A model generated the notes under the pieces. It worked only from the letters and a program-made list of their open reading frames with translations, made no database searches and had not been told where the DNA came from. Made by a program: the position numbers and the translations under genes. From the NCBI GenBank assembly GCA_963662715.1, contig OY759724.1:2522662-2586661 (forward strand): a DNA stretch of 64,000 nt. The letters run 5' to 3'. Origin of the DNA: Candidatus Omnitrophota bacterium. Lineage in GTDB: Bacteria; Omnitrophota; Gorgyraeia; Zapsychrales; JANLHA01. The stretch's first letter is position 1; the number at the start of each line of letters is the position of its first letter. This document shows, piece by piece, positions 1 through 9,046 of the stretch.

Positions 1-84
1 GTATTGTGCAAATGATTAATAAAACCCAAGGTGCAGAAGCAATTTAGAGCCGGGGTTGAAGTGGGGATCCTGCTTGGCGTAAAG

Positions 85-110
85 TTTCAGAATAAGTGAT
101 TATTCTGAAA
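85..110. promoter_or_regulatory. Perfect 10-bp inverted repeat, tttcagaata-agtgat-tattctgaaa, about 110 bp upstream of the RRM-protein gene. Possible operator or 5'-UTR structure.
   Basis: Read directly; arms are exact reverse complements separated by 6 nt. Confidence 0.25.
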
Positions 111-219
111 TTGAAATGATGAAATTGAATCCTAATACATAGTCCATGGTAGATAGGAGAAGTTTATAAAAGCGGAGAAACATTTTAGGACAAAAGACCA
201 GAATAAAGGAGAATTTAGA

Positions 220-531
220 ATGAATATTTACGTTGGCAATCTTTCATACGATATCACTGGTGACGACTTGCAAGCCGTGTTCACAGCTTTCGGTTATGTT
301 GAATCAGTGAAGATTATTAGAGATAAAATTACTGGTGAATCGAGAGGTTTTGCATTTATCGAAATGCCAAACAAGACCGAAGCTGAGGCGGCTATACAAG
401 GAGTCCCGGAAGTCAAAGGCAGAAAGATCATAATCAACGAGGCCAGACCTCCGGTAAGACATGGCCAAGGAGGAGGGATGAAGAGGGGAACTCACGGCAG
501 GAATTTTAACCGAAGAGAGCGAAGGTATTAA
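220..531 (+). CDS. RNA-binding protein with a single RRM (RNP-1/RNP-2) domain and a Gly/Arg-rich C-terminal tail
   Basis: NIYVGNL (RNP-2) and RGFAFIEM (RNP-1) motifs, then RGG/GR-rich tail. AGGAG-type RBS at 205-212. Confidence 0.85.
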   Translation: MNIYVGNLSYDITGDDLQAVFTAFGYVESVKIIRDKITGESRGFAFIEMPNKTEAEAAIQGVPEVKGRKIIINEARPPVRHGQGGGMKRGTHGRNFNRRERRY

Positions 532-553
532 GTTATAAATTAGAAAAGGAAAG

Positions 554-585
554 AGGACAGTCCCCGTTTGGGGACTGTCTTTTTC
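554..585 (+). terminator. Rho-independent terminator hairpin, aggacagtcccc-gttt-ggggactgtct followed by a T run
   Basis: GC-rich perfect stem plus TTTTT immediately after the stop of the RRM gene. Confidence 0.7.
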
Positions 586-776
586 TGTTTTTCTGATATA
601 ATGTGACGAAGGTATTTTTTGACGCTAAGGAAAGCCTTTAAAAGTGATAAATCCGGCTGAGAAGAAATAAATCAATTCAAACAATAATATCCCTCCTGAA
701 AATAACCTGATAACAATATCCCTCTTGAGGGGAAGGGCATCCGGCCCAAAGGGCAGAAATCCGCCTATAGAAATAG

Positions 777-825
777 TTGACAGCGAAAGATATTTTGTTA
801 ATATAAATAGAAATATTTTCTATTT
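777..825 (+). promoter_or_regulatory. Sigma70-like promoter (TTGACA at 777-782, 17-nt spacer, TAATAT) followed at once by a 21-bp perfect palindrome, AAATAGAAA-TAT-TTTCTATTT, at 805-825. A second, imperfect copy lies at 986-1006. Both are upstream of the TonB-dependent receptor operon.
   Basis: Motifs read directly. The palindrome overlaps the predicted +1 site, a typical repressor-operator position. Confidence 0.35.
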
Positions 826-1088
826 GAAGAAAAAATCCTCGGGGTGCTGTTCAGAAAAGCTTGGACAAGGGGTGGGCTGGATTAACCCCAGGAACGATAT
901 GAGAAAAATAAAGTCGTGAGCCATTATATGCACGTGAACGGTGTTGGTGCCGGTTGTTCAAAAAAGCGAAAAATTTTTAAGTTGTAAATAGAAATTATTT
1001 CCATTTAAATTGTGCCAATATCCCGGGGATACAGGAATGTCCCGGTAAAATGCGGGAATTATAAATAACAGTATAATCGAAGGGAGGG

Positions 1089-3161
1089 ATGCAGATGAGT
1101 AAGGGAAAGTTTTACAGGGCTTTATTAGCGGTTATCTTTTTATCGCAGAGTACGCTGGGCGCCGCGTTTGCCCAGACAACCGTCTTTGACCTTGGCCAGG
1201 TGGTTGTGTCGGAGGACGAAGATGTTCAAGAAAAGCTGATGATTGAAGAAAAAACCAGGATCAGCCAGAAAACGCTTAAATCCCATAAGGTCGTTGACCT
1301 TGCCGAGATACTTTCGGATGAAATGATTGAAGCGTCCATGATACGCAAAAGCGGTTATGGCAATGAAGTGGGCTTGAGAGGTTTTACCAAGAGCAATCTG
1401 CGTTTTACCTTAGATGACACACTCATCGAGGGGTCTTGCGGAAGCCGCAAAGACCCGCCGCTTTCCCATATCAACCTTCTTGCGATCAAACGGATTGAAG
1501 TAAAGGAAGGCCCCTATGATGTCAGCGTTCCGGGAGCCTTGGGTGGCGATATTAATGTCATGACGAAAGACACACAAAAGGGTGTTCACGGAGAAGCGCT
1601 TTCCAAATTCGGCTCTTTCGGATATTTCAGTCAAGGCGGATATGTAACCGCCGGAAGCGCTTCTTGGCAGGGGTTGTTGGGATACAATTATTCCAAATCC
1701 GGACAGTACAAAGACGGTGCGGGCAATGAGCTGAGCAGTTTTAACCCGGCTTATAACGATGACGGCAAGAACATGGACGCCTTCAGGAAAAATGATTTCT
1801 GGGGGAAGGTTTTTGTTGAACTTTCAGAGAAACAAAATCTGTTATTTTCATCTTCCTATGGTGAGGCCAGCGACATCATGACGCCGCGCGTTGCCATGGA
1901 TACCGAAAAGGAGAAGACGTATCTTAATAAGGTCGAATACACGTTCGGTGATTTGAACTCTATTTCCGATCAGTTAAGATTATCCGCATACTACAACCGC
2001 GTTGAGCATTATCCGTATGGTGAATACAGAACAGGCGGGGTTAATAACCGAAGGATCGAGGCGATTTCGTCGATCACCGGCGCGCAGCTGGAAAATAAGA
2101 CGTTAAGTGATCTGGCGGTTTTTACCTACGGAACGGATCTCTATCATCGTAACTGGTACGGCGATGTATTCGACAGAACGACCGGCGCAGTCGTGAATGA
2201 TAATTTGTTCCCGGACGTGAATGAGCTCAATTTCGGTTTGTATGTTAAGGCGGAACGTGACATTGGGAAACTGTCCGCGACAGCCGGATTACGGTTGGAC
2301 GTTTTTCATTCGGAGGCAAATGAGGATTTGAAGTTCAGCAAGGCGATGACGGACACGAACGCTCAGACGGATGTTTTGCCGGGTGCGAATGTGTTCCTGA
2401 AATATTTCTTCACTGAGGACACCAAAGTTTTCGGCGGTGTCGGACTGACGAACAGGACGCCAACGGCTGTTGAACGTTATATACAGGAAGGCGCTACGTA
2501 TTACGGTAATCCTGACCTTAAACCGTCGCGTAATTTTGAGACTGATCTTGGGGTTGAAAGCAAATTGACGCCGCGTTTGAAATTTAAAACAAAAGTTTTT
2601 TACAGCTATCTGCCGGACTACATATACCAGCAGGCCAGCGGGGGCGTTAAAACTTACACAAACATTGACGCGTATATGTTTGGAGGCGATGCGACAGCTG
2701 TTTATGATTTGTTGCAAGGGTTCGCGCTTGAGGGCGGTGTCGCTTATCAGCGGGGAAGGAAACTCGATCAGCCGGCGGGCAATAACGACAAACATCTGTC
2801 CGAAATATGTCCGCTTAAAACCAAGCTCGCTTTGACTTTCGAGAAGAACGGCTTCTTTGCTGTCTACGAGTGGATGCATTCGCTGGACAGCAAGGACATT
2901 GACCGTGACGCCGGCGAAACCCTTCTGAAAGGCTGGGATGTGTTTAACTTCCGGGCGGGATATCAGTTTTTCGAAGAAGAGGGGCGGCAGGCTTTCCTGA
3001 ACGGCTTAAGTCTGAATTTCGGCATTGACAATATGTTTGATAAAAAGTATACAATGGCAAATTCTTACGAATATGATCCGACGGATCCGGGCGGAACGAA
3101 TGTTAAAATCGTCAATGAGCCGGGACGTTTTATTTATGGCAGTCTGTCGTATAAGTTTTAA
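1089..3161 (+). CDS. TonB-dependent outer membrane receptor
   Basis: N-terminal signal peptide (ends AFAQ), plug-like N-terminal region, long beta-barrel body, C-terminal aromatic residue (…SYKF). Confidence 0.8.
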   Translation: MQMSKGKFYRALLAVIFLSQSTLGAAFAQTTVFDLGQVVVSEDEDVQEKLMIEEKTRISQKTLKSHKVVDLAEILSDEMIEASMIRKSGYGNEVGLRGFTKSNLRFTLDDTLIEGSCGSRKDPPLSHINLLAIKRIEVKEGPYDVSVPGALGGDINVMTKDTQKGVHGEALSKFGSFGYFSQGGYVTAGSASWQGLLGYNYSKSGQYKDGAGNELSSFNPAYNDDGKNMDAFRKNDFWGKVFVELSEKQNLLFSSSYGEASDIMTPRVAMDTEKEKTYLNKVEYTFGDLNSISDQLRLSAYYNRVEHYPYGEYRTGGVNNRRIEAISSITGAQLENKTLSDLAVFTYGTDLYHRNWYGDVFDRTTGAVVNDNLFPDVNELNFGLYVKAERDIGKLSATAGLRLDVFHSEANEDLKFSKAMTDTNAQTDVLPGANVFLKYFFTEDTKVFGGVGLTNRTPTAVERYIQEGATYYGNPDLKPSRNFETDLGVESKLTPRLKFKTKVFYSYLPDYIYQQASGGVKTYTNIDAYMFGGDATAVYDLLQGFALEGGVAYQRGRKLDQPAGNNDKHLSEICPLKTKLALTFEKNGFFAVYEWMHSLDSKDIDRDAGETLLKGWDVFNFRAGYQFFEEEGRQAFLNGLSLNFGIDNMFDKKYTMANSYEYDPTDPGGTNVKIVNEPGRFIYGSLSYKF

Positions 3162-3173
3162 GAGAGGATAATA

Positions 3174-3770
3174 ATGACGAACTTTATTATTAGAGGCGGT
3201 TTTTTTATCTGGCCGATTCTTTTGTGCTCGGTCGTTTCCTTGGCGGTTATCCTGGAAAGGTTGAAGTATTTTCACCGGACGGGCGCTCGTAATAAAAATT
3301 TACCGGAGCGGGTGCAGGTATTGATCAACAGCAAGAGGCCTGATGAATCATATAAACTTTGCAAGCAGGATGAAAGCTTTGTCGGACGTTTTCTGGCGGT
3401 CGGGATCAAGGTCATGGATCAGCCGGTAGAGGAAAGGGGGAAGATACTCCGCAGGGCCGGATCCCGGGAGCTCGAAGAAGGCGAAAAACATTTGCGGATA
3501 CTTTCGGTGATAGGCAACATCGCGACCTTATTGGGGCTTTTGGGAACTGTGACCGGTATGATTCAGACTTTTATTAAGATCGAGGCCGCAGGCGGGACAA
3601 CGGAAGTGGCTTTGCTCGCGGGGGGGATATGGGAGGCGCTTCTTACGACAGCGGCAGGTTTAAGCGTAGCTATCCCGACCCTGGTCATGTACCATTACTT
3701 TGAAGGGATCGTTGACAGTCGGGCGGTTCAGTATAAGAACCTGGCCGCGGATATCTTTAATCTGCATTAA
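3174..3770 (+). CDS. exbB: ExbB/TolQ/MotA-family proton channel
   Basis: About 200 aa with 3 TM segments. Conserved GLLGTVTGMIQTF and ALLTTAAGL motifs. Located between the receptor and exbD/tonB. Confidence 0.85.
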   Translation: MTNFIIRGGFFIWPILLCSVVSLAVILERLKYFHRTGARNKNLPERVQVLINSKRPDESYKLCKQDESFVGRFLAVGIKVMDQPVEERGKILRRAGSRELEEGEKHLRILSVIGNIATLLGLLGTVTGMIQTFIKIEAAGGTTEVALLAGGIWEALLTTAAGLSVAIPTLVMYHYFEGIVDSRAVQYKNLAADIFNLH

Positions 3771-3784
3771 TAGCGGAGGTTAAT

Positions 3785-4210
3785 TTGAGTTCATTCGAGC
3801 TTGAAAGACGAAGAAAGGCGGACACGGTTTTAAATATCGCTCCTCTGATCGATATTGTCTTTTTGCTTTTGATATTTTTTGTGCTTTCGGCTCATTTTGT
3901 TTCACAGAAAGGCTTTAAGGTGAAATTGCCCAAGGCGGTCAGCGCCCAGACGCAAAAGAACGAACAGGTGACGGTTTTTATCAATAAAGAGGGCGGTATT
4001 TTCGTGAATGGCTTGGGAATCGAGCCCGTTCAACTTAAAAATTTCCTCCGTTCGGAATTGAACAAAGCAAACGCTAAAACGGTGGTCATTAAGGCTGATG
4101 AGGATGTCTCCCTGGGTTTAATCGTCCAGGTGATGGATATCGCTAAGGAGGCAAACGCGGACGGCCTTGTGATATCTACTAAAACAGCAAACGATGAAAA
4201 AAATAAATGA
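3785..4210 (+). CDS. exbD: ExbD/TolR biopolymer transport protein (TTG start)
   Basis: 141 aa with a single N-terminal TM (PLIDIVFLLLIFF) and a periplasmic domain; operon context. Confidence 0.85.
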   Translation: MSSFELERRRKADTVLNIAPLIDIVFLLLIFFVLSAHFVSQKGFKVKLPKAVSAQTQKNEQVTVFINKEGGIFVNGLGIEPVQLKNFLRSELNKANAKTVVIKADEDVSLGLIVQVMDIAKEANADGLVISTKTANDEKNK

Positions 4211-4772
4211 GCTGCATTCGAGCCTTTTGATTTCTTTTATTGTTCATGCGGGAATAGTCGGTTCCGGTTTATTGCCCTTTCATCCCGTCCTGAAAGACAA
4301 GCCTTTTGACGTTGCCTTTGAAGTCGAAGAAGAGGTGTTGCCGGAAGTTTTTGAGGTCAGGGAAGAAAAGAGAGTGGAGCCGCCGGTCATTGAGCGGGAA
4401 GAGCTGCTTGAACCGGTGCCGGATGAAATAAAAGCCGAGGGCCTAAAACCCGCGCAAGAGGATGAAGAGCACAAGAAATCACTTCTGCGGTATCAAGACA
4501 GCATAAAGCAGAGAATTCAAAAGGAAAAACAGTATCCGCGCTGGGCCCTCAGGGCCAGACATCAGGGGGTCGTCAGAATAGTTTTTGATGTGTTGCCTGC
4601 AGGGCTGGTCAAAAATTTAAGTCTTTTGCAGTCATCCGGATTTAAGGAATTGGATGAAGAGGCTCTGGATGCGGTTAAAAGAGCAAGCCCCTTTGATCCT
4701 TTCCCTGAGGTTTTTAGTGAGGATGAAATTCAGGTTGAAGTAGCTATTATTTTTACATTTAGAGAAAAATAG
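4194..4772 (+). CDS. tonB: Energy transducer TonB
   Basis: N-terminal TM, Pro/Glu-rich spacer, C-terminal TonB_C-like domain (QYPRWALRARHQGVVRIVFDV…). Confidence 0.75.
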   Translation: MKKINELHSSLLISFIVHAGIVGSGLLPFHPVLKDKPFDVAFEVEEEVLPEVFEVREEKRVEPPVIEREELLEPVPDEIKAEGLKPAQEDEEHKKSLLRYQDSIKQRIQKEKQYPRWALRARHQGVVRIVFDVLPAGLVKNLSLLQSSGFKELDEEALDAVKRASPFDPFPEVFSEDEIQVEVAIIFTFREK

Positions 4773-4806
4773 AAAGGGGCAGTCCCCATTTGGGGACTGC
4801 CCCCTT
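4773..4806. terminator. Bidirectional rho-independent terminator between the convergent tonB and C25-peptidase genes. It shares the palindromic core CAGTCCCCnTTTGGGGACTG with the terminator at 554-585.
   Basis: aaaggggcagtcccc-attt-ggggactgcccctt; perfect GC-rich stem. Confidence 0.7.
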
Positions 4807-4836
4807 GGCTTCCTTGGCCTTTTCTACCGCTATCCC

Positions 4837-7800
4837 TTAGCAGGGGCCACAATCATAAGCACAGCTCATACAGTCTTCACCATACTCTGTCTCACAAACG
4901 GAATTGCCGCAGTAAGGACTCGGACAATCATGCTGACAGGTTTGGTGTATTTCCGCTACTTCGCATATGGGAACGCCATATGTCGGATCCGGAACATTAC
5001 ACGTCTCCGTACAATCCGGGCGGCAGGTGTATCCGTCTTCGTAGATCGGGTTCATAGGGTCGTCATTCCACTCGCAGGTGCCGTTGCCGCAGTACGGGCT
5101 CGGGCAATCGTGCTGGCAGGATTCAAACCCTTCGGTTTCCTCGCAGATCGGGACACCTAGCTCCGGATCGGGAACGTTGCAGGTCACGGCGCAGTCCGGG
5201 CGGCAGGTGTATCCGTCTTCGTAGATCGGGTTCATAGGGTCGTCATTCCACTCGCAGGTGCCGTTGCCGCAGTACGGGCTCGGGCAGTCATGCTGGCAGG
5301 ATTCAAACCCTTCGGTTACCTCGCAGATCGGAACGCCCAATTCTGGATCAGGAACGTTGCAGGTCACGGCGCAGTCCGGGCGGCAGGTGTATCCGTCTTC
5401 ATAGATGGGGTTCATAGGGTCGTCATTCCACTCGCAGGTGCCGTTGCCGCAGTACGGGCTCGGGCAATCGTGCTGGCAGGATTCAAACCCTTCGGTTTCC
5501 TCGCAGATCGGGACACCTAGCTCCGGATCGGGAACGTTGCAGGTCACGGCGCAGTCCGGGCGGCAGGTGTATCCGTCTTCGTAGATCGGGTTCATAGGAT
5601 CGTCATTCCACTCGCAGATGCCGTTGCCGCAGTACGGGCTCGGGCAATCATGCTGGCAGGATTCAAACCCTTCGGTTTCCTCACAGATCGGGACACCTAA
5701 CTCCGGATCAGGAACGTTGCAGGTCACGGCGCAGTCCGGGCGGCAGGTGTATCCGTCTTCATAGATCGGGTTCATAGGGTCGTCATTCCACTCGCAGGTG
5801 CCGTTGCCGCAGTACGGGCTCGGGCAATCGTGCTGGCAGGATTCAAACCCTTCGGTCACCTCGCAGATCGGAACGCCCAATTCCGGATCAGGAACGTTGC
5901 AGGTCACGGCGCAGTCCGGGCGGCAGGTGTATCCGTCTTCATAGATCGGGTTCATAGGGTCGTCATTCCACTCGCAGGTGCCGTTGCCGCAGTACGGGCT
6001 CGGGCAATCGTGCTGGCAGGATTCAAACCCTTCGGTCACCTCGCAGATCGGAACGCCTAACTCCGGATCAGGAACGTTGCAGGTCACGGCGCAGTCCGGG
6101 CGGCAGGTGTAACCGTCCTCGTAGATCGGGTTCATAGGATCGTCATTCCACTCGCAGGTGCCGTTGCCGCAGTACGGGCTCGGGCAATCGTGCTGGCAGG
6201 ATTCAAACCCTTCGGTCACCTCGCAGATCGGAACGCCTAACTCCGGATCAGGAACGTTGCAGGTCTCGGCACAGTCCGGCAGACATGTATAAGCGTCCTC
6301 ATAGATCGGATCCATGGGATCGTCGTTCCACTCGCAAACACCGTTACCGCAAGTCGGAATGGGACAATCCTGGGGGCAAATATCATAACCCTCGTCTGCT
6401 TGGCAAATACCGTCCCCGCAATTTGCTGAAGTGCCGGAATCAGCCAGAAAACCAATATCAACCTGCCCGTACATCCTGGAGATGCTGTTGGCTGTCGGAT
6501 ATCCGTTCCCATACCGGTAACACGTTGATTGAATCGAGATGTTGTCATACGTCTGCGGGAAATAATCGATACCGTATCTATAAGAAGCCCCGCTGCCGGC
6601 CATGTAAGCCGCAACAGTGTACGTCTCTCCCTGGGTTACGGGCACAGGGGTGGGGAGGTCGACAAAACTCCATTCATTACTGGCGGTAACCGCCGCGCTG
6701 GCCAGTAAATTCTGTGATGAATCCCAAAGATACACGGTTTTTGTGCCGTTGAAGAAGCCGCCCAACTGGGTTATTTCCCCGTCGACTTCCGGGACGAAAC
6801 GATACCCCATGGTATAATTCCACCTGATATTTGTCCTTAAGGTTCCGTTTTCGTTGGTTTGCCAGGGCGTCTCCGGAATAACCTGCAGGCCGGAAATCGT
6901 CATTTCAGGATCGCCCAAAAGATTCAGTTCAAGAATCGCGTACTTCATGTATTCATTGCTGACGGTCTGTCCGATGAACGGAACTTTTGACATGGCCAGG
7001 GTCTGACCGATGCGGTTTATTTCGTCAACAACGATAGTTTCAAAAAAGGAAGGATCCAGGTAGGTGTCGGATTCCGGGTGCCAGCCATAGCGGCTGTTTC
7101 CGGCTAAAGCAACAGCGCCGCCATCAGGGTTGTTTAACCAGTGTTCGGCAATTGTGTCCGTGTCAATGGCCGCAAAATAGCAGCCCACTGACCATAAGAC
7201 GGAGTAGTCCGGGGCATTGCTGAAACTGTCCACATCTTGAGTTGTGATGTAATCACTGCCGGTATACATGCGGTCAATATCGGCATGATCAATGTGATTG
7301 ATAATGTGATGTCCGGAATTGATTTCCGTTATGGCCTGAGCACTGTAAGCATAAAGGTCTCTTTCGTAAAGTTTCGTGATCGGATCAAATTGCTGCGGCA
7401 TATACTGCGCGTCAATGTAGTCTTTGGTTTGGCCGCCGGCATCCTGAAAGTCTTCGCATCCCAGGAACAGGGCCGTGTTATAAAAGTCGGGATTTTGTCC
7501 CTGAATATAGGTCAGGATTTTACTGACAAAAACCTGGGCTTCCTGCTGATCCTCTACCGGAGCCCGTCCGACAAAAACATCCGGATACAGGTCCAGATTG
7601 TCTTCGTATTCTCCGAAAATGCTGTCCTGATCAGCGTCCCAATCACCGTCTAAATCAGAATAGTACATGTCCGTGGGGATGTAAGAAGATGCGACATAAG
7701 CCGGCCGGACAGGGACAATGTTGACATCTCCGCCCAGCAACACCCAGACAAGACCGTTGTTCGTATAGAGGTCGATGATGAAGTTCCGAATCTTCTCGGC

Positions 7801-8724
7801 TGTGTCACGGCCGGATACGTTTTGCTCTATCCATTCCACAGACTCAATTTCAGCCGTGAGTCCCTGATTTGTTTTTTCATCCAGTAACGGCTGAAAAACC
7901 TGGCTGGTAATAAGGGCTTGACTGGTGATAATGATGTAGTCAACAGTCCCTGAATAGCTACCGGCCAGCAGGATTTCGCCGCTGAGCTCTGCTTCTACGG
8001 CTGAGCGGGAATCCTGCAGAGTCGTATCGACCGCCTCGCTGTTGGTGAACACTTTTTTAAAGGCGTCTTTTAACGCTTTGTCTGATTTGTCGGATATTGT
8101 TTTTCTTTTCCGGTGTTTTATGTCTTTGCTTGATGAGGCGGCGGTGTTTTTGCCGGTTCGCTCTTCTGAACTTAACTTGAATTTAATTTTCTTATGCAGA
8201 ATCAGTTCTTTTTGAGCGGGCAAATATTGTATGGGGTAGACATGGACCGTAACAATATTCACGTCGCTTAAGTTCCCGGATTTTACCTTCTTGATCATTT
8301 CAGCCGGGTAAAGTTCTTGTGATGCATAGGCGTCCTTGTCCGGATTGGTAAAAGAATATTGGCTCCCGTAATGCTGGGATTCCTGCGCCGGATAAAGCAA
8401 AAACTCTCCTTCCAATTTTTCAGTAACATCTTCTAGGATCTCGATGCCTGTCACTTCGATATCATTGGCAACAGCGAACTGGTAAACTTTATACGGGACC
8501 TGCGGTTTCCCCGCCTCTCTCGTTGAAGCATGCCAGTTCGTTTTAATGATATCGTAGCCTTCTTCTGCCGTGATGTTCAGATCACTCTGGGAGAATTCTA
8601 TCTCGTGAATGATATCTTCACTTTGGGCCGCTAATACTGAAATTCGCGCTGAAGAAAACAGTATAGAAAATAACAGCATTTGCATCAGCAGTCCCAGGTG
8701 TTTCTTGCGTCTATACTTATTCAT
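4837..8724 (-). CDS. Secreted gingipain-like cysteine peptidase (MEROPS C25 fold). Its C-terminus is an array of 8 full plus 1 truncated 60-aa Cys-rich modules with 8 Cys each.
   Basis: Signal peptide (…ISVLAAQ). The catalytic region matches gingipain/C25 in two places: INHIDHADIDRMYTGSDY (His) and SVLWSVGCYFAAID…GGAVALAGNSRYGW (Cys). The C-terminal 527 aa are repeats of CPSPYCGNGTCEWNDDPMNPIYEDGYTCRPDCAVTCNVPDPELGVPICEVTEGFESCQHD. Confidence 0.8.
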   Translation of the reverse strand: MNKYRRKKHLGLLMQMLLFSILFSSARISVLAAQSEDIIHEIEFSQSDLNITAEEGYDIIKTNWHASTREAGKPQVPYKVYQFAVANDIEVTGIEILEDVTEKLEGEFLLYPAQESQHYGSQYSFTNPDKDAYASQELYPAEMIKKVKSGNLSDVNIVTVHVYPIQYLPAQKELILHKKIKFKLSSEERTGKNTAASSSKDIKHRKRKTISDKSDKALKDAFKKVFTNSEAVDTTLQDSRSAVEAELSGEILLAGSYSGTVDYIIITSQALITSQVFQPLLDEKTNQGLTAEIESVEWIEQNVSGRDTAEKIRNFIIDLYTNNGLVWVLLGGDVNIVPVRPAYVASSYIPTDMYYSDLDGDWDADQDSIFGEYEDNLDLYPDVFVGRAPVEDQQEAQVFVSKILTYIQGQNPDFYNTALFLGCEDFQDAGGQTKDYIDAQYMPQQFDPITKLYERDLYAYSAQAITEINSGHHIINHIDHADIDRMYTGSDYITTQDVDSFSNAPDYSVLWSVGCYFAAIDTDTIAEHWLNNPDGGAVALAGNSRYGWHPESDTYLDPSFFETIVVDEINRIGQTLAMSKVPFIGQTVSNEYMKYAILELNLLGDPEMTISGLQVIPETPWQTNENGTLRTNIRWNYTMGYRFVPEVDGEITQLGGFFNGTKTVYLWDSSQNLLASAAVTASNEWSFVDLPTPVPVTQGETYTVAAYMAGSGASYRYGIDYFPQTYDNISIQSTCYRYGNGYPTANSISRMYGQVDIGFLADSGTSANCGDGICQADEGYDICPQDCPIPTCGNGVCEWNDDPMDPIYEDAYTCLPDCAETCNVPDPELGVPICEVTEGFESCQHDCPSPYCGNGTCEWNDDPMNPIYEDGYTCRPDCAVTCNVPDPELGVPICEVTEGFESCQHDCPSPYCGNGTCEWNDDPMNPIYEDGYTCRPDCAVTCNVPDPELGVPICEVTEGFESCQHDCPSPYCGNGTCEWNDDPMNPIYEDGYTCRPDCAVTCNVPDPELGVPICEETEGFESCQHDCPSPYCGNGICEWNDDPMNPIYEDGYTCRPDCAVTCNVPDPELGVPICEETEGFESCQHDCPSPYCGNGTCEWNDDPMNPIYEDGYTCRPDCAVTCNVPDPELGVPICEVTEGFESCQHDCPSPYCGNGTCEWNDDPMNPIYEDGYTCRPDCAVTCNVPDPELGVPICEETEGFESCQHDCPSPYCGNGTCEWNDDPMNPIYEDGYTCRPDCTETCNVPDPTYGVPICEVAEIHQTCQHDCPSPYCGNSVCETEYGEDCMSCAYDCGPC
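4930..6290. repeat. Near-identical 180-bp coding tandem repeat, about 7.5 copies, inside the C25 peptidase gene
   Basis: Visible directly. For example the blocks starting near 5041, 5221, 5401, 5581, 5761, 5941 and 6121 differ by only a few nucleotides. Confidence 0.9.
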
Positions 8725-9046
8725 TTGTTCTCCTTTGGTTTGCCGTAGTGGATAAACAGTATGACATTTATCGGAAAGAGGGGGGGATGAATAATAGGTA
8801 TTGACATAGCACAGTTTAAAGATTTTTTTTGTAATAATTAAGATGTCAATAATATTATCTGCACGCCTTCTATAGGGCTGTTGCTTACTTTTATAATATT
8901 AATGGTAGACTATTATTTTAGCATTTTAGATGTGGAAATCAACCGCTTTCGCCGTGGAATAAGCATTTCTTTGTGATTTCACAATTTTGTCAAGAGGTTA
9001 GGAGTTAAAACAAGTGGTCAGTGTTCCGGCACAACCGTGGATAATA

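Noticed and set aside
725-919. 64-aa ORF in the leader region upstream of the TonB-dependent receptor
   Set aside because: No RBS; low-complexity Arg/Lys-rich translation; it overlaps the promoter and palindromic motifs of the leader. More likely non-coding.
4930-6060. Three near-identical 76-aa plus-strand ORFs (4930-5160, 5290-5520, 5830-6060) and the overlapping ORFs 6237-6817 and 7237-7653
   Set aside because: They lie antisense to the repeat array and body of the C25 peptidase gene. They are repeated only because the coding strand is repeated. Arg/Ala-rich composition is typical of an antisense frame of GC-rich codons, and they have no RBS.
4930-6290. Possibility that the 180-bp tandem repeats are a CRISPR or satellite array
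   Set aside because: There is no spacer/repeat alternation. The units are contiguous, in-frame and encode a coherent Cys-rich protein module that continues the upstream peptidase ORF.
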